Origin: a virus
Direction: 5' to 3' (one strand)
Virus record (IMG/VR): IMGVR_UViG_3300025519_000001
Location: 1 to 64,000 of that record
Length of the DNA: 64,000 bases
Shown piece after piece: positions 1 through 11,687 of the stretch; the first letter of the stretch is position 1, and each line of letters opens with the position of its first letter. The notes under the pieces were generated by a model, which searched no databases, was not told the DNA's origin, and saw nothing but the letters and a program-made list of their open reading frames with translations. The translations under genes and the position numbers were made by a program.

Positions 1-217
1 AGGGCTGAAGTGTTGGAAATTGCAAGTGAATTTATTTGGAGGGAGGGATATAAAAGCGAATTTAACCTAGTCTACAAAGTATGGCGTGAGGGAGTGTTTA
101 TCGAAGATTGAAAAAAGCAGGGCTAGGGACATGTCCGAGAATGCCGGACAGCCGCTATAACAGCGGCCTCCGCTCAACCTGCTATAACAGCAGGAAAAAT
201 TTAGGAGGGATTTATCT

Positions 218-760
218 ATGAAACTGTCTCAACTGCTTACCACCAAAAAAATTATTGCTTCTGGCTTCGCCGCCATTCGCGGCCTTGAAGCCTATTCGAA
301 AGGTTCGGAACCCGTTGTTCTGTCGTCGCTGTCCCCGGCCATTCTGGCAGAGCAAGGCGTAACGGAATTTTACGCGCTTGTTCTGCCGCGCGGTGCCGTA
401 TATAACACGGCTGATGATATTATCGCCGCCGATTTGGACGTGCGTCGTTATCTTATCCAATCCGCCGATGCTAGCGGCATGGAAACTGTGATTGTCTCCC
501 GGCATCCTGGCACGGTCGCTCTTCTCCAAGCGCAATATCCGGGCGCTCAAGTGCTCGACGCCGTGACGCCGGACCAAATCGCCGGCAAGCATGTTGTCGG
601 GACGTTGCCGCCTCACTTGATCACGGCAGCAGGCGCATATACGGCTGCAACTATCCGTGATTTTGATTATACGCGAGACGGCGACTTGTCCGGAAATGAG
701 CTTGCAGAGCGACTTATTATCGCTGACCAGCCGCTTCAGGTCGTGGAGGTAGAGGCATAA
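218..760 (+). CDS. Csx16 (VVA1548)-like protein with an apparent tandem duplication; candidate cyclic-oligoadenylate ring nuclease / anti-CRISPR
   Basis: C-terminal half has the Csx16 signatures IVSRHPG...VVGTLPPHL...RDGDLSGNEL; N-terminal half (VVLSSLSPAILAEQGVTEFYALVLPRG...DVRRYLI) resembles a degenerate second copy; RBS GGAGGG. Confidence 0.7.
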   Translation: MKLSQLLTTKKIIASGFAAIRGLEAYSKGSEPVVLSSLSPAILAEQGVTEFYALVLPRGAVYNTADDIIAADLDVRRYLIQSADASGMETVIVSRHPGTVALLQAQYPGAQVLDAVTPDQIAGKHVVGTLPPHLITAAGAYTAATIRDFDYTRDGDLSGNELAERLIIADQPLQVVEVEA

Positions 761-1066
761 TATATTAAGATGGAGGTATTGGAATTGGAAGATTTAACAC
801 TGGACGATATTATAACAGTTTTTGACGGCCAACACAAAGACCATAAACATATTTTTTATGATGGATGGCCCAGTCTGCCGCACATAACGGCGGACGATTT
901 GCGCGATTATCAGCGGCCCTTTTAGTTGTTTTTACCATGCTAGGACGCATAACAGCAACATGATACAATTACATACAGTATAGGCGCTGTTGTGCGTCCG
1001 ATGGATGGTAAAAACATCCACTATAAAAATAAAATATTACATAACAAAAAAAGGAGATGTTTTTAA

Positions 1067-1591
1067 ATGGAAGTTCGAATCTATGTTGCCAATCTCGCCG
1101 CCTATAACGCTGGTCGTCTTGTCGGAGAGTGGATCGACCTTCCGCTTTCCAACGAAGAACTGCGCGAAAAAATCCAGTCCATTCTCGACGCCTGGAACGA
1201 TGGCTTTTCGCCGTCGGAAGAGTGGGCCATTCATGATTACGAAGCGCCTTTTGAGATTGGAGAATACGAAAGCCCATATAAAGTGAATGAATGGGCGGAA
1301 AAATTGTCTAGCATTAACGAAGATGAAGAAGTTATCAGCGCCATTTTCGGCGGTTTTTCCATCAAAGAAGCGTTAGAAATTCTTGAGAATGGCGAATACA
1401 GGGTATACAATGACTGCAACGACATGGCAGACGTTGCTTATGCATGGTATGAAGAAACCGGACGGCTTGCGGAAATTGAAAATGTACTGCCTGTATCTTA
1501 TGTCGATTGGGACGCAATCGGTAGGGATATGGAATTAGAAGGGACGTTTATCTATGCCGGTAATGGCGTATATGTTGAAATAACAGATTAA
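1067..1591 (+). CDS. ardA: Antirestriction protein ArdA (DNA mimic, inhibits type I R-M)
   Basis: IYVANLAAYNAGRLVGEWIDLP, EEWAIHDYE and YVDWDAIGRDMELEG motifs; very acidic; RBS AGGAG. Confidence 0.95.
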   Translation: MEVRIYVANLAAYNAGRLVGEWIDLPLSNEELREKIQSILDAWNDGFSPSEEWAIHDYEAPFEIGEYESPYKVNEWAEKLSSINEDEEVISAIFGGFSIKEALEILENGEYRVYNDCNDMADVAYAWYEETGRLAEIENVLPVSYVDWDAIGRDMELEGTFIYAGNGVYVEITD

Positions 1592-1674
1592 CTACAACGC
1601 TTTTCAGCCGTATAACAGTCCACAAGTGCTATAATGGACTTGTGGACTGTATAAAAACCAAAGGAGGCATAAAC

Positions 1675-4600
1675 ATGGAAACATCCAAGTTTTCCGGATT
1701 GTACGAATATTTGGGTTTCGCGATATATAACGCCGGTTCCCGTCACGAATGGGATATTGAGCCTATTGGATGGGATATTCGAGCCATTGAGCGCTGGAAA
1801 GCATCTTCTTTTTCGTTTCGAACACTGGCACAAGCTAAAAAGTGGATTCGGGAAAATGCCGATAACATTAAGGAGAGTGATTATAAAGCATGAAGGAATG
1901 AACATTATATTGCATTATACTATACGATCCATCGAAGTAATACATAGAAGCCAATAGGAGGTTCAACAATCATGTCCAGATGGTTAATCATTTTCAATCA
2001 ATACCAACCAAACGAAACGCGCTATGAAATTATGGCTTCCACTTGTGACGAGGCTATTATGACAGCCATGAGTGAAGCAAACATCTCCAAACGTCCGCCA
2101 AATATTTCTGCTCAAGTGAAGGAGGAATAATCGCCATGCAAACAATGAGTGAATATAAAAAATACAATTATTCAGGTAAAATTTTGGACGTTCTCTATTA
2201 CTCTATAACAGACGATACTCTATATATCAAATACAATGGCAAACAAGCAATGCGAAAAATTCAACAAACAAGCGAATATACATACAAATTTACAAAAACA
2301 CTCGTAAAAGCAATTAACGGCGCGGAAGGTTTACGTCGCTTCTTCGTTTCATGTCATGACGCTGACAGTCCGTTTAATCGTTCGTTTTTTGATACGTTGG
2401 TTAAACTTGTTTCCTAATATGTTATAACAAACAGCAACGCCATAATAGCGCTTGAAATACTCATTTCATGAATATATGGAGGAATAAAAAATGAATAAAT
2501 GCCTTCTGTATATCCTTGTAACTTTCGTCGATTCTGATTTTAATTTTGACGAGTACGAATGCGCAGATTTGGTGGAAGTAGCAAGACTTAGGGAGGAATT
2601 AGAAAACGATAACTATAAATTTGTATCCGCTCAACCTGTCTATGGTTGATAAAAGTCAATACATTACAAGTAAGACAGCAGCCCATGAAATGCGTTTATT
2701 TCATTCGGGATTGATGATATCCTTTTGATTGTATAACAACCGTCTAGGCGGTGTCTGTATAACAGACGAGCAGCCTTAAGTCTAGAGCGTTACGCGCTAT
2801 ATATTGGCGCGTAGATGGCTAGTAAAAAAAGTTAAAGGAGTAATGTTTTATGAATATTGTAACACGTCCACTTGATGAACACGACTATGAAGCCATGAAA
2901 GCAGAAAAGGAAGAAAGGGAAGCAATCGAAGCTATGATGAACTGGGCAGACAATTTTAAACTTGCATTACAAGAAAAGCGATTTTCTGCGGCAAAAGTTG
3001 CACTCGACAGAATGAATAGCATACTTTCGGATTATGTATAACAGATTGAGGAGGAGTAGTTCACATGACTATCAAACAAGCAAAAGAACTAAAGCGCGGC
3101 TCCGTTATCCTCATCAATCACATAACAGGAAAAGACGAACTCGCCCGTGTTGTCAGATGGGATGAACGCGCACAAGGAATTGACTATCACGCCATTAGTG
3201 GCGGAGGAAGTATTTGTAAACCCGAACATATCATAAAAGTGCTTGACGAAAAGCCCTTTTATGAATCGGAAATATGGGCACAAGCATGGAAAGAAAAATG
3301 GAATGAAAACTATAAAAGAAGCCGAAACGCGCTATAACAGCGCGTCCGTATACGGTGGCAACGTGTACGCTGATGATGGTAAGCCAATATGTAGGAGGCA
3401 TAAAAAAATGAAAGAATGGAAGCGAATTATTGCTGATGCAGGCTATGTGCCTACAAAAAATGGACTTGTTTCATATCTTGACGAAAGAAACAAACTTCCT
3501 TTCATTTGTCCGTTTTGGTCCGAAAAAATCAAATACTATCGCAGTTTAACCATAACAGAACTACTGAAGTATATGGAGGAATAAAAAATGAAAACTAACA
3601 ATAAAAATCGCTTTTTTCGCGACTTTTCCTTTTCTGTTTATCGTTATTCTCCCGAATCCTTCCGGCTTTACTACAAAGGAAAAGAAGTCAAACTTTCGGA
3701 CGATGAACGCTTTAACATGGGATATGCAGCCATAACAAAAGGCAAGCAGGAGGTTTTAAAACATATCAAACGCTGGACGCGCAAAAAGTCTACACTTGCC
3801 AAACGTGAATATATGCCTATCCTTGCAATTCTTTCAGACGATAACAGCGAATACTATCATATTGGTGTCCGTGTCAATCGTTATAACATGATGGAAAAGT
3901 TGTCCGTTTATCAATGGATCAAAGAGGCTTTTAATGATGGGCGTTTTGCTATAAAAACGACAACGGCGAAACTGGACGCGAATTTTAAACCCTATGATGT
4001 TCAAGAAGATCAACACGAAAAGAAATTAGGCAAACGGATTGTATTTATTTAAAAGCAAATAATACATTAACAGTTGAATCATACTATAACAGCAAAGGAG
4101 GGACGATTGACGAAATAACAGCATTAAAAAAATATGTAGGAGAGTGTTAAAAATGAACAAACAGGATAACAACAATAACAGCCAATCGGCATGGGATCTA
4201 GTACGAACATACAGACAAGCAGCACAAAGAGCACAAAAAATGTATAAAAAAGGTAAACCGTTTGATGCTAACAGCATTAAAGCGTTTGAACTATATGTGT
4301 CCTTTTCACGTAAGATGATTAATGTAAAATTGTAAAGGAGTGACTAAACAATGCTAGGTAAATGCGTTCATTATGTATCAGGTATTGAAACAAAGCAGCT
4401 TGTAAAAGTTGATCACTACAAAGGATTCGACTTTTATAAGCTACGCAAAAACGCTAACACAGACTGGACGATGATATATTTTCAGCATGACGGACATTTT
4501 TTTCCGATTAGTAACAACGTTGATAATATTAAAAACTTTTTAGATAATAATTCTAACTTTGACATTGCGACGTTTATCGTTTCCGAATTTGAAGAATCAT

Positions 4601-7600
4601 TAAAAACGGGCGCAAATGTATCCATGGGATATGCACAATATCTAGGACGCGAACAGGAGGCGCTGGAAGCCGTTAGGCGTTTCCGAGAGCGCAAGGAACA
4701 AGAAAAGGCGGAACGTGAAGCGAAGAAAGTAGAAGAAGAACGGAAGCGACTCCAGGAGAAGGAAAACGCCATAACAGCAGCGGAACAAGACTACAAAGAA
4801 AATAAATATATTAATGGAGACATTTTTTTAGAATTGTGCGACAAGTATAATATTACAATCCCCATTCGTACTAGAGGATGGATTAAAGAGAATTTAACAC
4901 GAATCAAGTATAACAGCGAAAGAAGTGTGTCATACAGTCATACGGGCAATCCGTCAAAAAGCATTGTCGATATTGCATTTAGTCTCTATAACAGTTTGAC
5001 GGAAAGCGAACAGGAAAGTGGAGAATATGTCACGCTAGACGAATTAAACAATTTATTCGGCGTGAATGCCTAATAACAGGAGGCCTCTCCCATGTCCACA
5101 ATTCGCGTACTGCCTAACGGCGCATTGGTCAATTCATATCGAATCATCGGCACGTCTACAACAGTCTATGAAGCGTTTGAGCCTTCATCCTACACTGGGA
5201 ATCATTCGTGCATTCAGCGCTTCAATGATCGCGTTTATGGCGCTATCAGCAGCAGGAGAACAAGAAGAAGAGAGGATAACAGCAAAGAAGCATTACAACA
5301 TATTTTCGAAGCATTTCCCCATTTGAAACAAGTTGATTATACTATTGACGAATTTATGGGAACGATTGAAACAATTAACGAATAGGAGATGATAAAAATG
5401 AAAATAACAGTTAAATCTTATAAACCTTTGTTTGCAAAAAAAGTAAAATATGTCGCTTCATTCGGACAATTCCAGGAAGAAGGTAATACGAAAGAAGAAG
5501 CGAAGCAGAACCTTATAACAGCGCTTGAGTGGTATTTCAGCAATACAGGCAACGAATTGACAACTAAAGTTATTCCCGAAGCTGGCGTAACTCTGTTCAT
5601 GCTTAGAACGTTCGCAGGATATGAAATAAGAACAGTCTATCATGATGGAAGAATTTCCATGGGAACGAGTCTATATGGACGTTTAAGCCATAGGGAAGCA
5701 TTAGAACGCCTTAATAGTCATGTAGAAGGATATCAAGCAGTAAAGGCCGTATAACACGAATACATAAACAATGGGAGGTTTATATCTATGTCTCAAACTA
5801 TAGCAGGACAAATGTATAACAATCATATCAAGGAAAGTCTCTTGTCTGGTAAACCTGTAGAATTGAGTATGAAAGACTTTTTGCCTAAAAGCCAGTATAA
5901 CAACAAACAAAAACAATACCAAAAAAACGAATTTGAAAAAGAAATTATGGCAGAATTGAAGCGACTCCAAAGCGAGTATATAGGATTTGAAAATATCCAT
6001 CTTCGCATATCGTTGCTTAAATCTCATGTTATGGAAATGATGGCGAATGTTGAAGATATGGAAGATGTAAAAGAAATTTATAGAGTTTATAAAAATATTG
6101 CTTGGAATAATCCTATCTAATTTAACAACCAATAACAGCACACTCCCATAATATCGGCTCCATATGGTATTATGGGAGTGTGTATACAAAGGAGCGGATA
6201 ACATATGACTCATTTCACGTTTACGGGTTACTACGCAGGACAAACTTTTTGTGGAGTAGCACGAAACGAAACGGATAAATATATGCACATTCAAGGCTCT
6301 AATACTCCTATCATGAAGCGTCTTTTGAGCGGGAAAGAGAAATTATGTCCCCATTGTTGAGAAATCTATTTATCTGAAGGTGAGGATGAGGGCGATGAAT
6401 GAGACAATAAAGCAAGTTGAAGATGAAATAAATCGAATAACAAAAGAAATTAAAACATGTGATAGCAGTGAACGCATCAAGGAATTGCAGAATGAACGTG
6501 ATGAATGGTCTATGATTTTAGGAATCATGTTAAACAAACAGAATACATAACAGCTATGTTTGAATCAAACCAGTCTTTCATTATCACAAACGGAGATAGA
6601 TAAACAATGATTCTAACTATAATTGGAATTATACTCTCTGTGTTTTGTGTTTTATCGTTGCTATTGGGAATTGTCGGGTTATTTAATAAAGAGGATTATT
6701 CCTATAGTGGCAATAGAAGTTATAATAGTATAGGGCCGTTTGGAATGGCATTTGTTTTCGGATTGATTGCATATACTTTGCTTCATGTGCAATAACACAA
6801 TAAAACAAGTATTTCATGACCATATAATAGGAGGCTTTAACAATGGAGAAGTATTTTATTAAGGATCATGGCGACGATTTTGAAGTACTAACAGAAGGGC
6901 AGGCTAAGGGAACGAACGCCATTTCTTTGTTTGAATATCTCAAAAAGCAACTAGATAGTGTCGATGCTTCGTTCTATCTTTATCTCCATGAATTTCCTGT
7001 GTTTGGGGATGAAATAGGTTTAAAGCCAGAAGAGGTTTTACCGACACTTCAAAGGGCAGCAGATTTCCTTGGAGGCATGACACGTTCTCAAGTATACGAC
7101 GAACTTTGCCAACATGATAAATTGGCTGTATTCTTCAAAAGTGAAGCAAAAACTCTTATTAAGGATGCTCTTATCAAGAAAGCAAATTCATTGCTCAATG
7201 AAGCATTAACTCTTTGATAAACAACGTGGAGGTTGTATAACAGCAACCTCCAAAGATCCCATGAAAACGGCATTTCAAGTCTATACAAAAAAATATCAAG
7301 CCGACAGCCGATGATAGAACGGCAGGCCGAAAGGATGGTTAAAAATGGAAAAGGTAAAAGTAACGTATCAAGCAGGACAATCAAGATATTCTAACGCAAG
7401 CGTAGACTACATGCTTGCAGAAGTTGATGGCATCGAACTTTATGCAGAGCGTCCGCCCGTTGAAGATGATGAGACTGGAAGTTACGAGGAGTTGAAATCT
7501 GCGATCATCGAGCAGGCCCAGGCGCATAACATCGACGTGGGACTCTTGGAGTTTTGGTACGACGACGCACAACATTCTAGGGAGGTTTAAACCATGGCAA

Positions 7601-8310
7601 TTAAATTTAAACATCCCGAATATGATTTTTCGTTCGAGGTTAAATTCATTATTAGAGACTTGGAAGCAGTAAAAACTAATATCCAAAATCCGTTTATTAT
7701 GGCTTCTGGCACACTCGATAATCATTTATTTGACATCCCGCATTCCGCAAATTATACAATCAAAAATTCTCTTTTTAGTCTCATGCAACATATAACAGGG
7801 CAACAAAACATATGGGACATTTGCAAAACCGCATTTGATAAAGACGAGGAATGGGGAAAGTGGAGAAATGATGGTTTGCTTTATGAAGCATACCATAAGT
7901 ACACAATAAAGCCTGCATACGTCGATCAAGTCTTATTTGTTATTGATCAGTGGATCGCTGAAGCAAAGGAAATCATGCAGAAAATGATTGACGCAGAAGA
8001 AGAAAAGAAACGACAGCGCGAAGCAGATTATAACAGATTTACAATCATTGAAACGTATCAATTAATCATGCCTACAGGCGGCGAAGATGGCACAGACGGA
8101 TATTTTGACGGATTGATCCGTAATAATAGCACGGGAATATCTATCCGAGTAGTAGCTAAAAATATATTTGATGTTGGTTTCTTCTCGTATCCTAAACGTG
8201 TTGAAGAGACAGAAGAAGTGTTTAATAGACAATCTTGGACAGACGACGAAAAGGATGCTTGCGCTTGGATTGGTAAGTTTTCGCCTTTTACTACTGCTAT
8301 TCGTATGTAA
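1675..8310 (+). other. Block of about 17 co-oriented small hypothetical early genes (e.g. 1675-1893, 2136-2417, 2850-3041, 3065-3337, 3588-4052, 4351-5073, 5092-5385, 5398-5754, 5788-6120, 6607-6795, 6843-7217, 7345-7590, 7594-8310)
   Basis: ORF track plus strong GGAGG/AGGAG RBSs; no family recognised. Confidence 0.75.
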
Positions 8311-8406
8311 TAACAACACAATGTTATAACAGCCCAAGCGGAGCCGATCCGCTTATTTATTTTAATAGCAAGGATGAAAATAAGGATTTAAAATAAAATA
8401 TTATAC

Positions 8407-8435
8407 TTTACTAGTGTAAAATACAATGATATGAT
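8407..8435 (+). promoter_or_regulatory. Sigma-A promoter (TTTACT-17-TATGAT, extended -10)
   Basis: Close to consensus; follows a terminator-like hairpin at about 8336-8363 and precedes ORF 8478. Confidence 0.6.
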
Positions 8436-8477
8436 AGTTTTAGAGTTAAAAATTACATATGAGAGGACTGATCGTCA

Positions 8478-8846
8478 ATGTCCTATACAGTTACAGAAGC
8501 GAATATTAAAGCATGGGAAAACCAAATTAAGAAATTCGAAAACATGACAGATGTTAATAACAGCTACTTTGAAGTGTTCCGCGATTCAAAATATCCTGAT
8601 TGGCAAACGGACTCCAAACAAAAAGCAAGTTGGCTGCAATATAAAAGTAGAGTTGGTAACTTTTTGGATTCAATTGCCAAAGATGTTGTAACAATGACAT
8701 ATGAAGAAATCGCTAAGTATATCGAAGCAAAACCAAATACAAAAAATCATATTAACGGCTTTTTGCTTTTCATTATCAGAGAAAACGTTCTCAATTGCCG
8801 TGAGCGAATCAATAAAGATTTATTGTTTTGGGTTTTAGGTTTTTGA
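8478..8846 (+). CDS. Hypothetical protein, possibly a stand-alone integrase N-terminal (SAM-like core-binding) domain
   Basis: YKSRVGNFLDSIAKDVVTMTYEEIAKYI resembles the helical pattern of integrase core-binding domains; no catalytic domain. Confidence 0.4.
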   Translation: MSYTVTEANIKAWENQIKKFENMTDVNNSYFEVFRDSKYPDWQTDSKQKASWLQYKSRVGNFLDSIAKDVVTMTYEEIAKYIEAKPNTKNHINGFLLFIIRENVLNCRERINKDLLFWVLGF

Positions 8847-9880
8847 CTATAACAGCAGTAGTACACGAAATCAGAATTTTATGAGGGAGACAAATAATAA
8901 GATGAAAAACAAAAATGTGAAATTTGACTCCAATGTACCCAACTGGGTTAGAATTGCAATGTCAGAAGAATTTTGTATGGGATGGAATCCAGTTAAAGAA
9001 AATGAGGATATTTATGTAAAGTTCATTGAGCATAGAAATTTTGAAGAAATTATTATGACTGTAAACGATGAGGCATATGAATTTGACCGCTTTTCAAGAT
9101 GTTATTTCCTAGTAAAATAAGTGAAAAATAAAAAAGATGGAGTGATAACAATGAAAGAATATCGAATTGAGACACATTATTTTGTAAACGGTGAATGGTT
9201 TGCGGATATCTGGCTTTTTGAGAATGGGATGCCGATTGATTTTATTAAGAAAGTGAAAAGAAATGATGATGGAAGCATGTCGCCTGAATACGGTAATAAA
9301 CTTGGAACAAACTGGATTGCTCCGCAATTTGTTTATGCATAACAGCCGATGAAATAAGGTTTTCATTCAATCTTGAAAGGATGATAACAGATGAAATTCA
9401 ACGGAGTAAAGTTGACAGAGGAATCAATTTTAAAGGCGCGTCAATGGTATGCTGATAATGCTAGAGGATGCATTGAGGAAGTACAGAACGGTAGCGTTAA
9501 AGTAAATGATCCTGAAGCGTATATTAAATGGCGTGAGAAACAAATTGAGGATGCTTTAGCGGGACGCTATGATCATACATTAGCGTTCTTACAACGGGCT
9601 TATTATATTCAAACTGGTGAATGTGTGGCATTGTTGCCATAACAGACAATGAAATAATGCTTTCATGTAAAGTTTAAAAATAAAATATGGAGGATACATA
9701 TGAATGGAATCATTTATTTGGTAGCATGGCAAATAACAGGTGTAATTCTTTTCTTATCAGTTTGTGCTGTTATTGGTTTGAATATGACGGTTTTTGCTGA
9801 TATTGAAGAGGAAGAAGAATGTTTTGGTTATAAAAATAAAGTTTTGGTTTATTGGAATGATAACGAAAAATCTTAATTAT

Positions 9881-9926
9881 ATGAAGTCACCGTAAAACCC
9901 CTGCGTTTACGCATGGGGAGTGTCAA
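9881..9926 (+). mobile_element. IS200/IS605 mini-remnant (single hairpin, PATE-like)
   Basis: CCCCTGCGTTTACGCATGGGGAGTGTCAA; the 3' end GGGGAGTGTCAA is identical to the right end of the element ending at 61088. Confidence 0.7.
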
Positions 9927-9957
9927 AAATAATTATTATCAAGGAGGAATTTAAGCT

Positions 9958-11043
9958 ATGCAAGCAGAAATTGTATTTGAGGAAAATGTAGAAAAAAATT
10001 TGATGGAGGACAAAATCATGGTAGAAGATAATAATAGCAAGCAATATACATCCTTGGCTGAACGTATTGCAGCAGAAAGGATTCAAAAATCGCAAGCACA
10101 ACCAAGAAGCTTGCGAAATATCGCAAGAAATCCCAATTCGTTTAACTTTGATTTGGCAGTACAAAGAAACTTGAGATGGACAGATTTCCAAGTTAGCGAA
10201 TTGATTGAATCGATTTTGCTTGGATATCCGATTCCTCCAGTTTACGCCGTTAAATCAGAGGATAATATTACATGGTGCATTGATGGTAAGCAAAGGTTTA
10301 AACGTGCTATTATTCCTTTTATGAGGGACGAAATTGCAATTGTAGATGATTTTCGTCCAATCTTCGGAGTGGACATTTCTGGGAAGAAGTTTTCAGAACT
10401 TCCGCCAGAATTTCAGGAAATTCTCGAGGATTTTAATGTTGTCATTTATCAATTCGAAAAGTTGACTCCTGACCAAAGAGATGATTTTTTCCGCAGATTG
10501 AATAGCGGAACTCCTCTTTTGGCAATTGAGTTGACACGCTCCATTCTGGGTTCCGAATTGCTTGATTATATTAACAGCCTCATTGAGACGCCTTTCATGC
10601 AAAAGGTGGCTTTGAGTGACAAACAACGAGATAAATATGTAGATCAAGAGTTGGTCTTGCAAATGATTTCTATTATAACAGAACGAGGATATGACATCGG
10701 AAGTAAAGAAATGCGGGAATTTGCATTGAAACTTCGTATTGATGGGCTTTCGCAGGGAGAAAAAGACAGGATTCAAAAGACATTTGACTTCCTTTCCGTA
10801 GCCTTTGCTTCAACTGACGAGAAAACAGCTAAGAAGATCCTTAAGAAAGCAGATGTTATTGGAATTGTTGGCGCTGCTGTAAAAGCAACTTGTACTCCAG
10901 AGGTCTTCAGCGAAAAATTAAGTATTTACATTGCTAATCAAGCTTCTGGATCGAATTATGCGAATACGAAACGAAATAAAAGTTCTTCGGCAGATAGCGT
11001 AAAAAGACGTATTGAAATTTTGATTGGAGTATTGGAAGAATAA
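9958..11043 (+). CDS. DUF262 (ParB/Srx-superfamily, GmrSD N-terminal-like) domain protein
   Basis: VQRNLRW...LIESILLGYPIPPVY...IDGKQR and FFRRLNSGTPL motifs; no obvious HNH/DUF1524 domain. Confidence 0.85.
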   Translation: MQAEIVFEENVEKNLMEDKIMVEDNNSKQYTSLAERIAAERIQKSQAQPRSLRNIARNPNSFNFDLAVQRNLRWTDFQVSELIESILLGYPIPPVYAVKSEDNITWCIDGKQRFKRAIIPFMRDEIAIVDDFRPIFGVDISGKKFSELPPEFQEILEDFNVVIYQFEKLTPDQRDDFFRRLNSGTPLLAIELTRSILGSELLDYINSLIETPFMQKVALSDKQRDKYVDQELVLQMISIITERGYDIGSKEMREFALKLRIDGLSQGEKDRIQKTFDFLSVAFASTDEKTAKKILKKADVIGIVGAAVKATCTPEVFSEKLSIYIANQASGSNYANTKRNKSSSADSVKRRIEILIGVLEE

Positions 11044-11054
11044 GTATTGTTAAA

Positions 11055-11088
11055 AGGCTAGGAGAGTGTTTGTCGCTCTCCTAGCCTC
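11055..11088 (+). terminator. Intrinsic terminator-like hairpin
   Basis: AGGCTAGGAGAG...CTCTCCTAGCCT right after the DUF262 stop codon. Confidence 0.65.
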
Positions 11089-11172
11089 AATAAAAAATAA
11101 TTTCTTTTTATAACAGCATGTGCTATATTGTTTATAGAAACGAAATATTATACATAACAGGTGATCAGATTT

Positions 11173-11388
11173 ATGTCGAACATCTATAAAGAAAATGGCT
11201 ATAACAGTCGTGAAGAATACCTTGAAGAACTTGCAGATGAATATGGTATTCCATATGAAATGGTTTATAGTCTGTGGGAAGTCTTAGGGGATGAAGAAGC
11301 CTTTGACGGGCTTGTAAGCGCCTGTGAAGACGCAGAAGCGTTGATGACAAGCGAAGAAGACGAAGAGGAGAATGAAGAATGGGACTGA
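11173..11388 (+). CDS. Small, highly acidic hypothetical protein
   Basis: ORF with RBS AGGTG; about one third D/E residues. Confidence 0.7.
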   Translation: MSNIYKENGYNSREEYLEELADEYGIPYEMVYSLWEVLGDEEAFDGLVSACEDAEALMTSEEDEEENEEWD

Positions 11389-11687
11389 TTAGGGTTATCG
11401 TCAAAGAGCCACAGAAGGATGCTTATGTGACTGACATTTCAAATACGCTCGAAGCTAAACAGAAAATTGTTGGTGGATATATAGAAGCCGTTCCCTTTGG
11501 AATTGACCATATTCTTATCTTAAATGAAGAAGGAAAACTAATTGGACTTCAACCGAATATTTTATGGAATGATGATGTGATCATGGGAACGATCATTCTA
11601 GCGCGGAATGAAGCGCCAGAATTTGGTTCCATTCGTCCAGAAGAAGAAGGATGGATGATTCAGATGCTTAACAGAGCGTCGGTATAA
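11379..11687 (+). CDS. DUF3846 family protein
   Basis: LEAKQKIVGGYIEAV...ILNEEGKLIGLQPN motif. Confidence 0.8.
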   Translation: MGLIRVIVKEPQKDAYVTDISNTLEAKQKIVGGYIEAVPFGIDHILILNEEGKLIGLQPNILWNDDVIMGTIILARNEAPEFGSIRPEEEGWMIQMLNRASV

